Counted from the stretch's first letter, positions 47,874-58,095 are shown. The stretch: DNA of 64,000 nt from an uncultured delta proteobacterium (GCA_963766715.1 CAVYBH010000012.1:32001-96000); one strand, 5' to 3'. Numbers and translations: made by a program. Notes: a model not told the origin generated them from the sequence alone.

Positions 47874-47903
47874 TTGACCCTGGCGCGGCCCGAGGGCTAC
47901 ATT
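47874..47903 (+). promoter_or_regulatory. Putative sigma70 promoter of the J-protein/Hsp70 operon
   Basis: TTGACC-N18-TACATT. Confidence 0.5.
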
Positions 47904-47947
47904 CCGGTCTCTGGGTGACCACCGGTCAACGCACCGGGGAGGGCGGC

Positions 47948-48915
47948 GTGAAGGCCGACCGGTATCACGGATTCGTCTTCAATCCCGCTGATTTGTCCGA
48001 GGACGTCGACCTCGACCTCGACCAGCGCCGGGAGATCGTCTTCCTCGCCGCGCAGCATGGACGGCTGGACGCACTGGCAGGCGCTCGAGGTCCCGTGGAA
48101 CGCGTCGGTGGCCCAGGCCCGCGACGCCTACCGGGAGAAGGTGAAGGTCTATCATCCGGATCGCTACCAGGGTCGCCGGCTCGGCTCCTTCCGCCCCCGG
48201 CTCGAGCAGATCTTCCGGCGGCTCACCGAGGCCCGGGACGCGCTCTCGGACGAGGTCCGCCCGGACGGCCTACGCGCGGAAGACCGCGCCGCCCGAGGAG
48301 GTCGCCCGGCTCGCCACCCGGCGCATCGAGGACGACGTGCGCACCAGGGAGCGGCGGGCTCGCATGGCGCGGAACAACCCGATCGTCTCGCGCATCTCCC
48401 GCGTCCGGGAGCTGATGGAGCGGGGTCGAACCGCCATGCAGCAGGAGCGGTACGCCGACGCCGCGCGCGATTTCCTCACCGCCGGGGCCATGGACCCGAC
48501 CCTCGTCGACGCGCGCGCGCTCGCCGAGGAGGCGAGGAAGAAGGCGGCGAGCGGGAAGGCCCGGGAGCTCTGGGAGAAGGCGCGCGCCGCCGAGCTGCAG
48601 CACGACCTCGACCGCGCCCAGATGTACGCCGAGGCCGCGGCCGACGCCGACGCCGGCGAGCCGCGGTACCTGGTCTACGTGGCGCGGCTGGCGCTGGATC
48701 GCGGCGCGCTCGAGACGGCGCGCGGGCGCGCCGAGAGCGCAGTGCGCGAGGCCCCGTCGCTCGCCACCGCCCACGAGATCCTCGGCGAGGTCCTGGCCGT
48801 TCAGGGGGAGAGCGCGGCGGCGAAGAAGGCGCTGGAGCGGGCGCTCGAGCTGGACGAGAGGCTCGTCGGCGCCCGTGAACGCCTTCGCAAGCTTCGCTGG
48901 AGCTTCCTGAGATGA
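47948..48915 (+). CDS. J-domain + TPR co-chaperone (indels ~48056 and ~48262)
   Basis: HWQALEV..AYREKVKVYHPD J-domain with HPD motif; TPR helices in ORF 48337..48915. Confidence 0.82.
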
Positions 48916-50777
48916 GCGAGAACGAGCCCTTCATCGGCATCGACCTGGGGACGACCAACTCGGTCGTGGCCACCGTCATCGACGGGGTCCCGCGGGTCAT
49001 CGCCAGCCGGACCGGCCAGACGCTGACGCCTTCGGTGGTGGCGGTGGCGCGCAACGGGAAGCGGCTGGTCGGGCACATGGCCAAGCGCCAGGCCATCACC
49101 AACGCCGAGAACACGGCCTACGCGGCGAAGCGGCTCATCGGGCGGCGCTGGGGCGCGCGCGAGGTGGAGGACGCGCGGAAGGTGCTGCCGTACGAGCTCG
49201 TTCCCGGTCCGGAGGGCAACGACATCCGCGCCGTCCTCGGAGGGCGGACCTTCGCCATCCCGGAGATCAGCGCGCTGGTGCTGGCCGAGCTGAAGGCCGA
49301 CGCCGAGGCCTTCTTCGGGCGGCGGGTCACGAAGGCGGTGGTCACCGTTCCCGCCTACTTCAACGACGGCCAGCGCCAGGCCACCAAGGACGCGGGACGC
49401 ATCGCGGGTCTCGAGGTGATCCGCATCATCAACGAGCCCACCTCGGCGGCGCTCGCCTACGGCTTCGGCAAGCAGATGGAGAAGAAGGTCGCCGTCATCG
49501 ACCTCGGCGGGGGCACCTTCGACGTCTCCATCCTCGACGTGGGCAAGAGCGTGTTCGACGTGATCGCGGTGGGCGGCGACACCTACCTGGGCGGCGAGGA
49601 CTTCGACCGCCGCGTCATCGACTGGCTCGTCTTCTCCTTCGCCCAGGAGCACCAGGGCATCGACCTCCGGCACGACAAGATGGCGCTGCAGCGGCTGCGC
49701 GACGCGGCGGAGCGGGCCAAGATCGAGCTGTCGGAGGGGCGGCAGGCCGCCATCCACCTCCCGTTCCTGGCGAGCGGGAGCGAGGGGAAGGCGGCCGTCC
49801 ACCTCGACCGGCAGCTCACCCGCGAGAAGCTCGAGGAGCTGACCCAGGACCTGATCGACCGGACCATCCAGGTGGCGGACAAGACCCTTCGCGACGCCGG
49901 CGTGCGCGTCGGGCAGATCGGGGAGGTCCTGCTCGTCGGGGGGATGACCCGCATGCCGCGCTTCCAGCAGGCCGTCCGGCAGCACTTCGGGCGGGAGCCC
50001 AGCCGCGGCGTCCACCCGGAGGAGGTGGTGGCCCTGGGCGCCGCCATCCAGGCCCACGCGCTCCTGCATCCGCAGAAGGGCAAGGAGGTCCTGCTCCTCG
50101 ACGTCACGCCCCAGAACCTCGGGATCATGGTCGTGGGCGGCTACTTCGCGACCATCATCCCCCGCAACACCACCGTGCCCACCAGCCAGTCCCACCTCTT
50201 CACCACGGTGCAGGACAACCAGACCGCGGTGCGGATCGCGGTGCTCCAGGGCGCCAGCGACAAGGCGGTCGAGAACGAGCTGCTGGGCGAGTTCGTCCTG
50301 GAAGGCATCCGTCCCGCCCGCCGCGGCGAGGTGGAGATCGAGGTCACCTTCGACATCAGCGCGGACGGCATCGTCGGGGTCTCGGCCCGCGACTCGGCCA
50401 CCGGCATGCGCCAGTCGATCACGGTGACCGCCACCTCCGGCCTCACCGAGGCCGAGATGCGGCGGATCCTCGAGGAGAACCTGGACGAGATGCTGACCCG
50501 CCGGCAGGTGGGGGACTTCGAGCGGCTCCGCGATCGGACGCAGGCCGTCATCGTCGAGATCGAGGAGCTCGCGCCCCGGGTGAAGGAGGCGCTGGCGAGG
50601 AGCCGGTTCGGGAAGGACGCGGTGGCCAAGGCCGAGGACGTGGTGGGCCGGGCCCGCGCGGCCATCGAGGCCCGCGACCTCCAGCAGATGATCGCGGTCG
50701 AGGAGCAGCTCGACCGCGCCTTGCAGCTCTTCAAGGGGTTGGCGGGCGGGGTCGTGCCCGGCCAGAAGGACGCCTGA
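48912..50777 (+). CDS. Hsp70/DnaK paralog
   Basis: GIDLGTTNS, TVPAYFND, INEPTSAA, DLGGGTFDVS, LVGGMTR, linker VLLLDV; divergent substrate-binding domain and tail. Confidence 0.95.
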   Translation: MSENEPFIGIDLGTTNSVVATVIDGVPRVIASRTGQTLTPSVVAVARNGKRLVGHMAKRQAITNAENTAYAAKRLIGRRWGAREVEDARKVLPYELVPGPEGNDIRAVLGGRTFAIPEISALVLAELKADAEAFFGRRVTKAVVTVPAYFNDGQRQATKDAGRIAGLEVIRIINEPTSAALAYGFGKQMEKKVAVIDLGGGTFDVSILDVGKSVFDVIAVGGDTYLGGEDFDRRVIDWLVFSFAQEHQGIDLRHDKMALQRLRDAAERAKIELSEGRQAAIHLPFLASGSEGKAAVHLDRQLTREKLEELTQDLIDRTIQVADKTLRDAGVRVGQIGEVLLVGGMTRMPRFQQAVRQHFGREPSRGVHPEEVVALGAAIQAHALLHPQKGKEVLLLDVTPQNLGIMVVGGYFATIIPRNTTVPTSQSHLFTTVQDNQTAVRIAVLQGASDKAVENELLGEFVLEGIRPARRGEVEIEVTFDISADGIVGVSARDSATGMRQSITVTATSGLTEAEMRRILEENLDEMLTRRQVGDFERLRDRTQAVIVEIEELAPRVKEALARSRFGKDAVAKAEDVVGRARAAIEARDLQQMIAVEEQLDRALQLFKGLAGGVVPGQKDA

Positions 50778-51512
50778 TGGCCACCGTCGCCGAGCTGCTC
50801 GACCAGGGAGTGAAGGCGTACACCCGGGGTGAATCGGCGGAGGCCGAGCGCTTCTGGAAGGAGGCGCTCGAGCTGGACCCGAAGAACGAGCGCGTCCGCG
50901 CCTACCTGCGCCAGGTGCGCGGGGAGCTTGCCGCCCCGGGCGCCCGAGCCGGCCGCGGAGCCGCCGCCGCGCCCCGAGGCGGCCTTCGCCCCGTCGCCCT
51001 GGGATGCCGGGCCGGCCAACGCGGCCACCGTGGTCGTCGAGGATGGCGCCGGGCTCGACCTCGACGCGGTGGGGGAGAAGTCGGAGATCCGCTCCCTCGT
51101 CCCGGAGCCGAAGGCGGGGGGGAAGCCGCCGGCGCCCGGGGAGGTGGCCACCTGGATGGAGGGGGCGCGCGAGCTCTTCGCGCTCGGGGACTTCAGCGGG
51201 TCGCTGGAGATGATCGAGCGGATCCTGCGCGTCGACCCCACCCACGCCGAGGCCCGCGCCTACCTGCGCCAGAACGAGTCCACGCTGGTCGCCATGTACG
51301 AGTCGAAGCTGGGGTCGCTCTCCGGCGTTCCCCGCCTGGCCATCCACGCCGAGGAGGTCATGTGGCTGAACCTCGACCACCGGGCGGGCTTCCTGCTCGC
51401 CCAGGTGGACGGCACGGTCAGCTACGAGGACCTCTTCGCGCTCTCCGGGCTCCCCCGCCTCGACACCGCGCGGATCCTGGCCTCGCTGCTCGCCGAGGGC
51501 GTGATCCGCTGA
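50777..51512 (+). CDS. TPR-containing hypothetical protein (indel ~50940)
   Basis: N-terminal TPR, Pro-rich linker, second TPR, C-terminal LDHRAGFLLAQVDG..LSG wHTH-like segment. Confidence 0.75.
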
Positions 51513-51538
51513 TCGCGAGCCGCGCCCGGATCGCGCGC

Positions 51539-52012
51539 CTAGGTCCGGATCACCGCGCTCCAGCGAGCGACGAGGACCCGCTCGCCCGCCTGGTTGACGG
51601 TCTCGGTGCGCACCGTCATGAAGTCGAGCGCCCCCTTCGACCGGACCTCGACAATCTCGCCCTCGGTGGTGAGCACGTCGCCCGGCCGGACCGGGACGCC
51701 GTGCTCGAACTCCTGCTCGGCGTGGAGGAGCCGCAGCAGGTCGAGGCCGAGCTCGGGGTCGGAGCAGGCGAGCGCGAAGGGCTCCATCGCGAAGGTCACG
51801 CCGAACGTGGGCGGGGCGACCAGCGTGCCGTGGGGAGAGTGCCGGGCCGCCTCCTCGTCCACGCAGTACGGGTGGGGCTCGCCGTGCGCGGAGCCGAAGT
51901 AGCCGGGTACGCCTCCGGCGACCGCCAGGGCGAACGCCCGGATCCGCTCGGCGCAGACGGTGACCCGGAACGGACCGTACCGACGTCCGACGTGGCGCGC
52001 GTCGATCGCCAT
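51539..52012 (-). CDS. MaoC N-terminal-type (HadA-like) hotdog protein
   Basis: IRAFALAV, APPTF, LLHAEQEFE..PVRPGD. Confidence 0.85.
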   Translation of the reverse strand: MAIDARHVGRRYGPFRVTVCAERIRAFALAVAGGVPGYFGSAHGEPHPYCVDEEAARHSPHGTLVAPPTFGVTFAMEPFALACSDPELGLDLLRLLHAEQEFEHGVPVRPGDVLTTEGEIVEVRSKGALDFMTVRTETVNQAGERVLVARWSAVIRT

Positions 52013-52419
52013 CAGCCGCCCTCCACCCAGCCCTCGGCGGTGGCCCCCTTGAGGACCTCCTCGCCGCGCTGGTTGCGGGCCTCGACCTCGAGCCGGACCA
52101 CGGGTCCCTCGACGGCCACGCAGCGCCCGCGGAAGGTGACCACGTCCCCCACCACCACCGGACGGGAGAAGCGCACCCGCAGCCGCTTCACGCGCGCGGG
52201 GTCGCCGAGGTAGGCGGTGCAGGCGTCGGCGAGCCAGGCCATGGTGCACATGCCCTGGAGGATGGCCCCCGGGAACCCGGCGGCGCGGCCAATCTCCGGG
52301 TCGATGTGGATCGGGTTGAAGTCGCCGGAGACCGCCGCGTAGTAGATCGGCCGGTACCGGTCCGCCTCGCGCGTGAGCTCGAAGGTGTCGCCGGCGCGGA
52401 AGGCCGCCAGGGGCTTCAC
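52012..52419 (-). CDS. MaoC-family (HadB-like) R-specific dehydratase/hydratase
   Basis: Hydratase-2 motif YAAVSGDFNPIH; RFSRPV. Confidence 0.9.
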   Translation of the reverse strand: MKPLAAFRAGDTFELTREADRYRPIYYAAVSGDFNPIHIDPEIGRAAGFPGAILQGMCTMAWLADACTAYLGDPARVKRLRVRFSRPVVVGDVVTFRGRCVAVEGPVVRLEVEARNQRGEEVLKGATAEGWVEGG

Positions 52420-53549
52420 GACGGGTCCTTCCCGCGCGGCTCGGGCGGAGCCAGGGGATCCTCGTCGGCGTCGCGCGTGGTCGCCTGGCGGGCCTCGATG
52501 TGGTCGCGGACGAAGTCGATGAGCCGGTCGAGGTAGCTGGTGATGGGGGGGCAGCGGACGCCGCTCCCGTCGAGCAGGGTGAGCAGGTTCATCGGGCTGT
52601 AGAAGATCAGCTGGTTCACCGACTCGAGGGCCGCGCGCTGCTGCCGGGAGAAGCGCTCGAGGAGCGGCAGCGAGAGCACCGCCTCGACCACCTTGTGGGG
52701 CAGGGAGACCCGGGGCATCCGCCGGTGGGCGCGCTCCGCGATCATCTCGTAGACCCGCCGGGCCGACATGGGCGCCGCGTCCACCAGATGGACGGTCTTC
52801 CCCACCGCGTCCGGGTTCCGGGCGATGGCGAGCGTCGCGTCCACCACGAAGTCGACCGGGACCACGTTGAGCGGCGCGCCGCCGTCCCCGGGCAGGGGGA
52901 GGGGCACGGCCAGCGAGGAGGTCACGAGCAGGATGGCCAGGTAGTAGGGCCCCTCGAAGCGGTCAATCTCGCCGGTCCGCGAGTCGCCCACGACGATGCC
53001 CGGGCGGTAAATCGTGGTGGGGACCTCGGCCATGGAGCGCCGGACCAGCTCCTCGGCCCTGGCCTTGCTCTGCTCGTAGGGCGACCGGAATCGCTGCCCC
53101 AGCATGAGCTCGTCCTCCATCACCACGCCTCGGCGGTCGCCGGCGACGAAGGCGGAGGAGAAGTGGTGCAGCCGGGGGGGCAGGGGGGCGGCGCGGGCCA
53201 GCTCGAGCACGTTCCGCGTGCCCTCCACGTTCACCCGGCGCGCGATGTCGGTCCCCGAGTCGAGCCGGGAGGCGCCGGCCAGGTGCCAGACGGTGGAGAC
53301 GTCGCGGACGAGCGTCTTCCACTCGGCGCCGGACAGCCCCAGGTGCATCGCCGAGACGTCGCCCTCCCAAATCTCGACGTCGGTGGGGGCCCGGCGGGCG
53401 ATCTCGGCCCGCGCCGCGGCGGCCTGGGACGGCTCGACGAGCAGCACCATCCGGCCGCGCCGGGGCGCCTCGAGCATGCGGTGGACGAGGCGACGCCCGA
53501 TGAAGCCCGGGTATCCGGTGAAGAGGGTGGTTCCGGTGGAGTCGGGCAT
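52416..53549 (-). CDS. Extended SDR / male-sterility-type NAD(P)-binding oxidoreductase
   Basis: TGYPGFIG, WHLAG, NVEGT, YEQSK, RPGIVVGD, VPVDFV. Confidence 0.88.
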   Translation of the reverse strand: MPDSTGTTLFTGYPGFIGRRLVHRMLEAPRRGRMVLLVEPSQAAAARAEIARRAPTDVEIWEGDVSAMHLGLSGAEWKTLVRDVSTVWHLAGASRLDSGTDIARRVNVEGTRNVLELARAAPLPPRLHHFSSAFVAGDRRGVVMEDELMLGQRFRSPYEQSKARAEELVRRSMAEVPTTIYRPGIVVGDSRTGEIDRFEGPYYLAILLVTSSLAVPLPLPGDGGAPLNVVPVDFVVDATLAIARNPDAVGKTVHLVDAAPMSARRVYEMIAERAHRRMPRVSLPHKVVEAVLSLPLLERFSRQQRAALESVNQLIFYSPMNLLTLLDGSGVRCPPITSYLDRLIDFVRDHIEARQATTRDADEDPLAPPEPRGKDPS

Positions 53550-53557
53550 CGCTTCCG

Positions 53558-54192
53558 TCAATAACGCGCCGGCGGCTGGTTGGGAAGCCGCCGGGAGAGA
53601 CCGGCACGCAGCGCCCGGAGCAGCGGCCCGGCCCGGGCCCGCAGGGAGGCGATATCGCCGTCGTTCGGGACGAGCACGTCGGCGCGGCGGGCCTTCTCGT
53701 CGATGGGCAGCTGCGCGTCGAGGCGGGCCTCGGCCTCGGCGCGCGCGAGCCCGTCGCGGGCCATCAGCCGCTCGAGCTGGACCTCGCGCGGCGCCCAGAC
53801 CACGACCACGCAGTCGACCTCCCGATCGAGCCCGCGCTCGTACAGGAGGGGCACGTCGTAGAAGGCGAGGGGGTGCCCCTGGGCTTCGAGGCGCGCCGTC
53901 TCGGTGGCCACGGCGGCCCGGACGGCCGGGTGGACGATGGCCTCGAGCCGCGACCGGGCGGAGGCGTCGGAGAACACCCGGGCGCCCATCTCCTTGCGGT
54001 CGAGCTCGCCGTCGGGGAGGAGGACCCCGGCCCGAACTCCCGGACGATGGCGTCGAGCGCCGCGGAGCCCGCCCGGACGGCGTCGCGGGCCAGCCGGTCC
54101 GCGTCGATGACCGGGGCGCCGAGGGCGCGAAGCGCGTCGGCAAAGGTGCTCTTGCCGCTGCCGATGCCCCCGGTGAGTCCGACGAGGCGCAT
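53558..54192 (-). CDS. coaE: Dephospho-CoA kinase (indel ~54030)
   Basis: [26 protein letters not shown] and DVPLLYE in the second frame. Confidence 0.93.
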
Positions 54193-54204
54193 CGGGTCGA
54201 CGGC

Positions 54205-54723
54205 CTAGCGTCCGGCTGCCGGAACCCCGGCGGCCGCGGGCTGGTTCTCCTGCGGCGCCGCCCCGGACGAGGGCGCGGCCTTGGCGCCCTTGTCGGCCGC
54301 CTGGAACCGGATGGCCTCGACCACCCCGTCCTTGCCGAAGAACACCACCACCCCGATGGGCCGGTACAGCCAGACGGTGCGGAAGTCGTCGGTGAAGGTC
54401 TTCTGGGGCTCCTTGCCGAACGTGCCGAGGACGGCGTCCTTCTCCAGCTGCGACGACGGGAAGACGTTGATCTCCGACACCCGTCCGTCGTCCCCGACCA
54501 GGAACTGCGCCTGGCGGGTGCCGGCGATGGCCTGCTCTCCCTTGTAGACGAGGGCCGTGCGCCCCTCGAGCTTGCCCTTCGTGGAGGGCTCGCCGAACCG
54601 GGCCACGACGTCGGCCTGGGTGCTGGTTCCCGGAGTGATGCCCTGCCAGGAGCGCGCCAGGGCCGGGCCGGGGAGGGCGAGCACGACGAGGAGTGCAGAG
54701 AGGGAGAGGTGGCGGCGGAGCAT
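54205..54723 (-). CDS. Secreted hypothetical protein
   Basis: Signal peptide; WQGITPG..VVARFGEP repeat-like small domains. Confidence 0.8.
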   Translation of the reverse strand: MLRRHLSLSALLVVLALPGPALARSWQGITPGTSTQADVVARFGEPSTKGKLEGRTALVYKGEQAIAGTRQAQFLVGDDGRVSEINVFPSSQLEKDAVLGTFGKEPQKTFTDDFRTVWLYRPIGVVVFFGKDGVVEAIRFQAADKGAKAAPSSGAAPQENQPAAAGVPAAGR

Positions 54724-54741
54724 GAGGCATTATAGTGCGCC
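54724..54741. promoter_or_regulatory. Overlapping bidirectional -10 elements with leaderless geometry
   Basis: CAT-GAGGC-ATTATAGT-GCGCC-ATG: TATAGT on + and TATAAT on -, each 5 nt from an ATG. Confidence 0.65.
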
Positions 54742-55371
54742 ATGGCCTTTCGCGTCTTCCGAGCCGAGTTCCTCCGCACCGCGGTGAAGCGCCAGGAATG
54801 GCCGCCGCCCCCGAACCTCCCCGAGATCGCCTTCGTGGGGCGCAGCAACGTGGGCAAGTCGTCCATGCTGAACGCGCTCTCCCGGAAGTCCGGACTGGCC
54901 CGGGTGTCCAACACCCCGGGGCGCACCCGCGCCCTCCAGTTCTTCGAGCTCGAGATCCAGCCCTCCGGCGCCACCAAGGTGGCCCGGATCCGCTTCGCCG
55001 ACCTGCCCGGCTACGGGTACGCCAAGGTCTCGAAGGCCGAGAGGCAGACCTGGGTGGAGATGATCGAGTCGTACCTGCGGGAGCGCGACCCGCTCCGGGC
55101 CGTCGTGCTCATCGTCGACGGGCGCCACCCGCCCCAGCCGAGCGACCACGAGGCCCTCGAGTTCCTGCGGTCGAGCGGCCGCCCGGTGGTGGTGGCGGTC
55201 ACGAAGATGGACAAGCTGCCCCGCAACAAGCGGCTGCCCGCCCTGCGCGCCGCCGAGGACGACCTGGGCATCCCCCGGGGCGAGGCGGTCCCGTTCTCGG
55301 CGGTGGAGGGAACCGGGACCGACGCGCTCTGGGACCGGCTGGCCGCGCTGACGCGCACGCCCACCGTCTGA
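54742..55371 (+). CDS. engB: Ribosome biogenesis GTPase YihA/EngB
   Basis: GRSNVGKSS, PGRT, DLPGYG, TKMDK. Confidence 0.96.
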   Translation: MAFRVFRAEFLRTAVKRQEWPPPPNLPEIAFVGRSNVGKSSMLNALSRKSGLARVSNTPGRTRALQFFELEIQPSGATKVARIRFADLPGYGYAKVSKAERQTWVEMIESYLRERDPLRAVVLIVDGRHPPQPSDHEALEFLRSSGRPVVVAVTKMDKLPRNKRLPALRAAEDDLGIPRGEAVPFSAVEGTGTDALWDRLAALTRTPTV

Positions 55372-55374
55372 CGG

Positions 55375-55908
55375 TCAGTCGTCGTCCGAGCGCCTCGCCT
55401 CGATCTCGCCGAGGATGCGCTCCAGCCGCCGCTCCTCCCGGGAGACGTCGAAGCCCACCGCCCGGGCCCCGTCGACGATGGCGAGCAGGAACAGGAAGAG
55501 GTCGAGGTGATCCCGGGTCACCGGGTCCGACGGGTGATCCACGAGGTGGTGCTCGAGCCGGGCCGCCGTCGCGGCGAAGTCGCGGAAGCAGGCCACCGAG
55601 GGGAGCCCCGGCAGCGGGCCGGTGGCGGACGCCAGCGGCTCGAAGGCGACCCCGACGTCGGCCAGGATCACCTGCCGCCCGTCGTCCCGCAGCAGCGCGA
55701 GATACGGCGCACCGGTGTCCCGGTTCCGGGACTCGGCGACGCCGGAGATGCGAGCCCAGTCGACGGGCAGGGTCTTCCCGGAGAAGACGTCGAAGAGGGC
55801 CGGCGCCTCGGTGTCGAGGAGGAGCGCCGAGGGACGTTCCCGCGCGAACCGCTCCACGAGCGACCGCTGCGCGGCCCGGTCCTTCACCACCTCGCCCTCG
55901 CGGCTCAC
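55375..55908 (-). CDS. Hypothetical protein
   Basis: GC3-biased ORF overlapping the greB stop; LFDVFSGK..GARAVGFDVSREERRLE. Confidence 0.7.
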   Translation of the reverse strand: MSREGEVVKDRAAQRSLVERFARERPSALLLDTEAPALFDVFSGKTLPVDWARISGVAESRNRDTGAPYLALLRDDGRQVILADVGVAFEPLASATGPLPGLPSVACFRDFAATAARLEHHLVDHPSDPVTRDHLDLFLFLLAIVDGARAVGFDVSREERRLERILGEIEARRSDDD

Positions 55909-56405
55909 GCGCCGGGCTCCCAGCCGATCGCCACCACGGTCACCTCGGTCGTGCCCGCGGGTCGCCTGACCACGACCACGTCGCCGACCCGCTTGCCGAG
56001 CAGGGCCTTCCCGAGCGGGGCGCTCACGCTGATGAGGCCGGACTCCACGTCGAACTCGTCCGGCCCGACCAGCCGGTAGCGGCGCTCCTCGCCGTCGTCC
56101 TGCTCCACGGTGACCCAGGCGCCGAAGTAGGCGCGTCCGGAGGGGTGGGGAGCCGGAGCGATCACGGTGAGGGAGTCCATCCGCTCGGAGAGCTCGCGCA
56201 GCCGGCGGTCGAGCTCCCGGAGCTTCTTCTTCCCGTAGATGTACTCGGCGTTCTCGCTGCGGTCGCCCAGCGCGGCGGCCGCCCCGACCTCCGCCACCAC
56301 CCGGGGCCGGCTCACCGTCCAGATGCGCTCGTGCTCCTGGGCGATCCGGCGGAAGCCCTCCGGGGTGATGTAGCGGGGAGCCCCCACGGGCTTCTTGGTG
56401 CGCAT
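55905..56405 (-). CDS. greB: Transcription elongation factor GreB
   Basis: YITPEG, GDRSENAEYIYGKK.LRELDRR. Confidence 0.95.
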   Translation of the reverse strand: MRTKKPVGAPRYITPEGFRRIAQEHERIWTVSRPRVVAEVGAAAALGDRSENAEYIYGKKKLRELDRRLRELSERMDSLTVIAPAPHPSGRAYFGAWVTVEQDDGEERRYRLVGPDEFDVESGLISVSAPLGKALLGKRVGDVVVVRRPAGTTEVTVVAIGWEPGA

Positions 56406-56446
56406 TCTCGCGTGGTCCCTCTTCGCCGGAATATACTCGCGCCCCT

Positions 56447-57355
56447 GTGAAGGTCACGGACATCCTCCGGTTCGCTCGGGAGCGCGGCGACCCGGTCTTC
56501 TCCTTCGAGTTCTTTCCTCCTCGCACCGACGAGGGGGAGCGGCAGCTCTTCCTGACCGTGGAGGCGCTGCGCCCGCTGGGGCCGGCCTTCGTCTCGGTGA
56601 CGTACGGCGCGGGCGGATCGGAGCGCGCCCGGACCATCGACCTGGTCAAGCGGCTCAAGCGCGATGCCGAGGTCGAGCCGGTCGCCCACGTCACCTGCGT
56701 CGGATCGCCCCGCGACGACGTGGCCCGCGTCCTCGACGAGGTGGCCGAGGCCGGCATCCAGAACGTGCTCCTCCTCCGCGGCGATCCCCCGCGGGGCGAG
56801 AAGACCTTCACGCCGCATCCCGACGGCTTCCCCCACGCCAGCGATCTCGTGGCCTACGTGCGGTCGCAGGGCAGCCGGTGGGGCTTCTGCGTGGGCGCGG
56901 CCGCCTACCCGGAGGGCCATCCGGAGACCCGCGACCTGGCGCGCGACCTCGCGAACCTCAAGGTGAAGGTCGACGCCGGCGTGGACTTCCTCGTCACCCA
57001 GCTCCTCTTCGACAACACCCACTACTTCCGCTTCGTCGAGCGGGCCCGCGCGGCCGGCATCGCGGTGCCGGTGCTCCCCGGCGTGATGCCGCTCACCAAC
57101 GTCGACCAGATCGAGCGCTTCACGGCCATGTGCGGCGCGTCCATCCCGCCGCCCCTGCGCGCTGCCATGGAGGTCCGGCGCGCCGATCCCGAGGCCTCGC
57201 TCCAGCTGGGGGTGGCCTACGCCAGCCTGCAGTGCGCCGACCTGCTCCGTCGCGGCGCCCCGGGCGTCCACTTCTACACGCTCAACCGCTCGCCCAGCTC
57301 CCGGGCGATCCTGGCCGCTCTCCGGGCCCGCACGCCCTGGCGCGACGGCGCCTAG
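56447..57355 (+). CDS. metF: 5,10-methylenetetrahydrofolate reductase
   Basis: SFEFFPP, SVTYGAGG, LRGDPP, AAYPEGH, TQLLFD, HFYTLN. Confidence 0.97.
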   Translation: MKVTDILRFARERGDPVFSFEFFPPRTDEGERQLFLTVEALRPLGPAFVSVTYGAGGSERARTIDLVKRLKRDAEVEPVAHVTCVGSPRDDVARVLDEVAEAGIQNVLLLRGDPPRGEKTFTPHPDGFPHASDLVAYVRSQGSRWGFCVGAAAYPEGHPETRDLARDLANLKVKVDAGVDFLVTQLLFDNTHYFRFVERARAAGIAVPVLPGVMPLTNVDQIERFTAMCGASIPPPLRAAMEVRRADPEASLQLGVAYASLQCADLLRRGAPGVHFYTLNRSPSSRAILAALRARTPWRDGA

Positions 57356-57360
57356 ATTCG

Positions 57361-58095
57361 CTAGCGCGAGGCGGCGACCGCGCCGAGCTGGGATCGGAAG
57401 GCGCGCTCGAAGGCTGCGACCGACGTGCCGGTCGAGGCCTGGAAGGCCGACGGGAAGTCCCGCCCCGAGGCGAGCGACGACAGGATCCGCCGGACCGCCG
57501 CCTCGCCGTGGCGATCCACGAGGTGGTGGAAGGCGCGATCGGCCGTGCCGTAGGCGAGCGCCGCGTCGGATTGCAGCGCCAGGGCCGTGGGGCGGAGCGC
57601 CGAGGCGTCGGCCCGCTGGTGGTTCTCGCCCGCGGTGAACGAGGCCAGCCCTTCCTCGAACCAGCCGGGGACGTCCCGGACCGCCCATCGCGGCCCGATC
57701 CGCTGGAAGAGGAGGCAGTGGGTCAGCTCGTGCGCGAGCAGGGAGGTGAGCGCCTGGTCGCTGGCGCGCCCGCGCGACCAGGTCCGCGGGGACTGCAGCT
57801 CGACCGAGTCGGCCCGCGCCCAGGCCCGGAGCCAGGCATCGGCCGGGCGCCCCGCCGCGTCGGCCAGCGCCGAATGGGAAGGGTGGATGCGAATGGTGAC
57901 CGGGCCGGACAGCGCCCCCCAGCGCTCGACCCGGCCCACCGCCTCCGGGAGGACCCGGGCGACCTGGGCCGCGGCCTCGTCGTCCTCCGGCGCGTGGCGG
58001 ACGTCGACGCCGGGCGCGAGCGGCGCCGCGGCCAGGCCGTGGGCACAGGCGGCCAGGAGCAGGAGGGGAGCGAGGGCGAGGGGGTTGGACCGCAA
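57361..58095 (-). CDS. Lipoprotein, peptidase MA-like (HExxH)
   Basis: Lipobox LAAC; AHELTH..PGWFEEGLA gluzincin-like motif. Confidence 0.75.
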   Translation of the reverse strand: MRSNPLALAPLLLLAACAHGLAAAPLAPGVDVRHAPEDDEAAAQVARVLPEAVGRVERWGALSGPVTIRIHPSHSALADAAGRPADAWLRAWARADSVELQSPRTWSRGRASDQALTSLLAHELTHCLLFQRIGPRWAVRDVPGWFEEGLASFTAGENHQRADASALRPTALALQSDAALAYGTADRAFHHLVDRHGEAAVRRILSSLASGRDFPSAFQASTGTSVAAFERAFRSQLGAVAASR

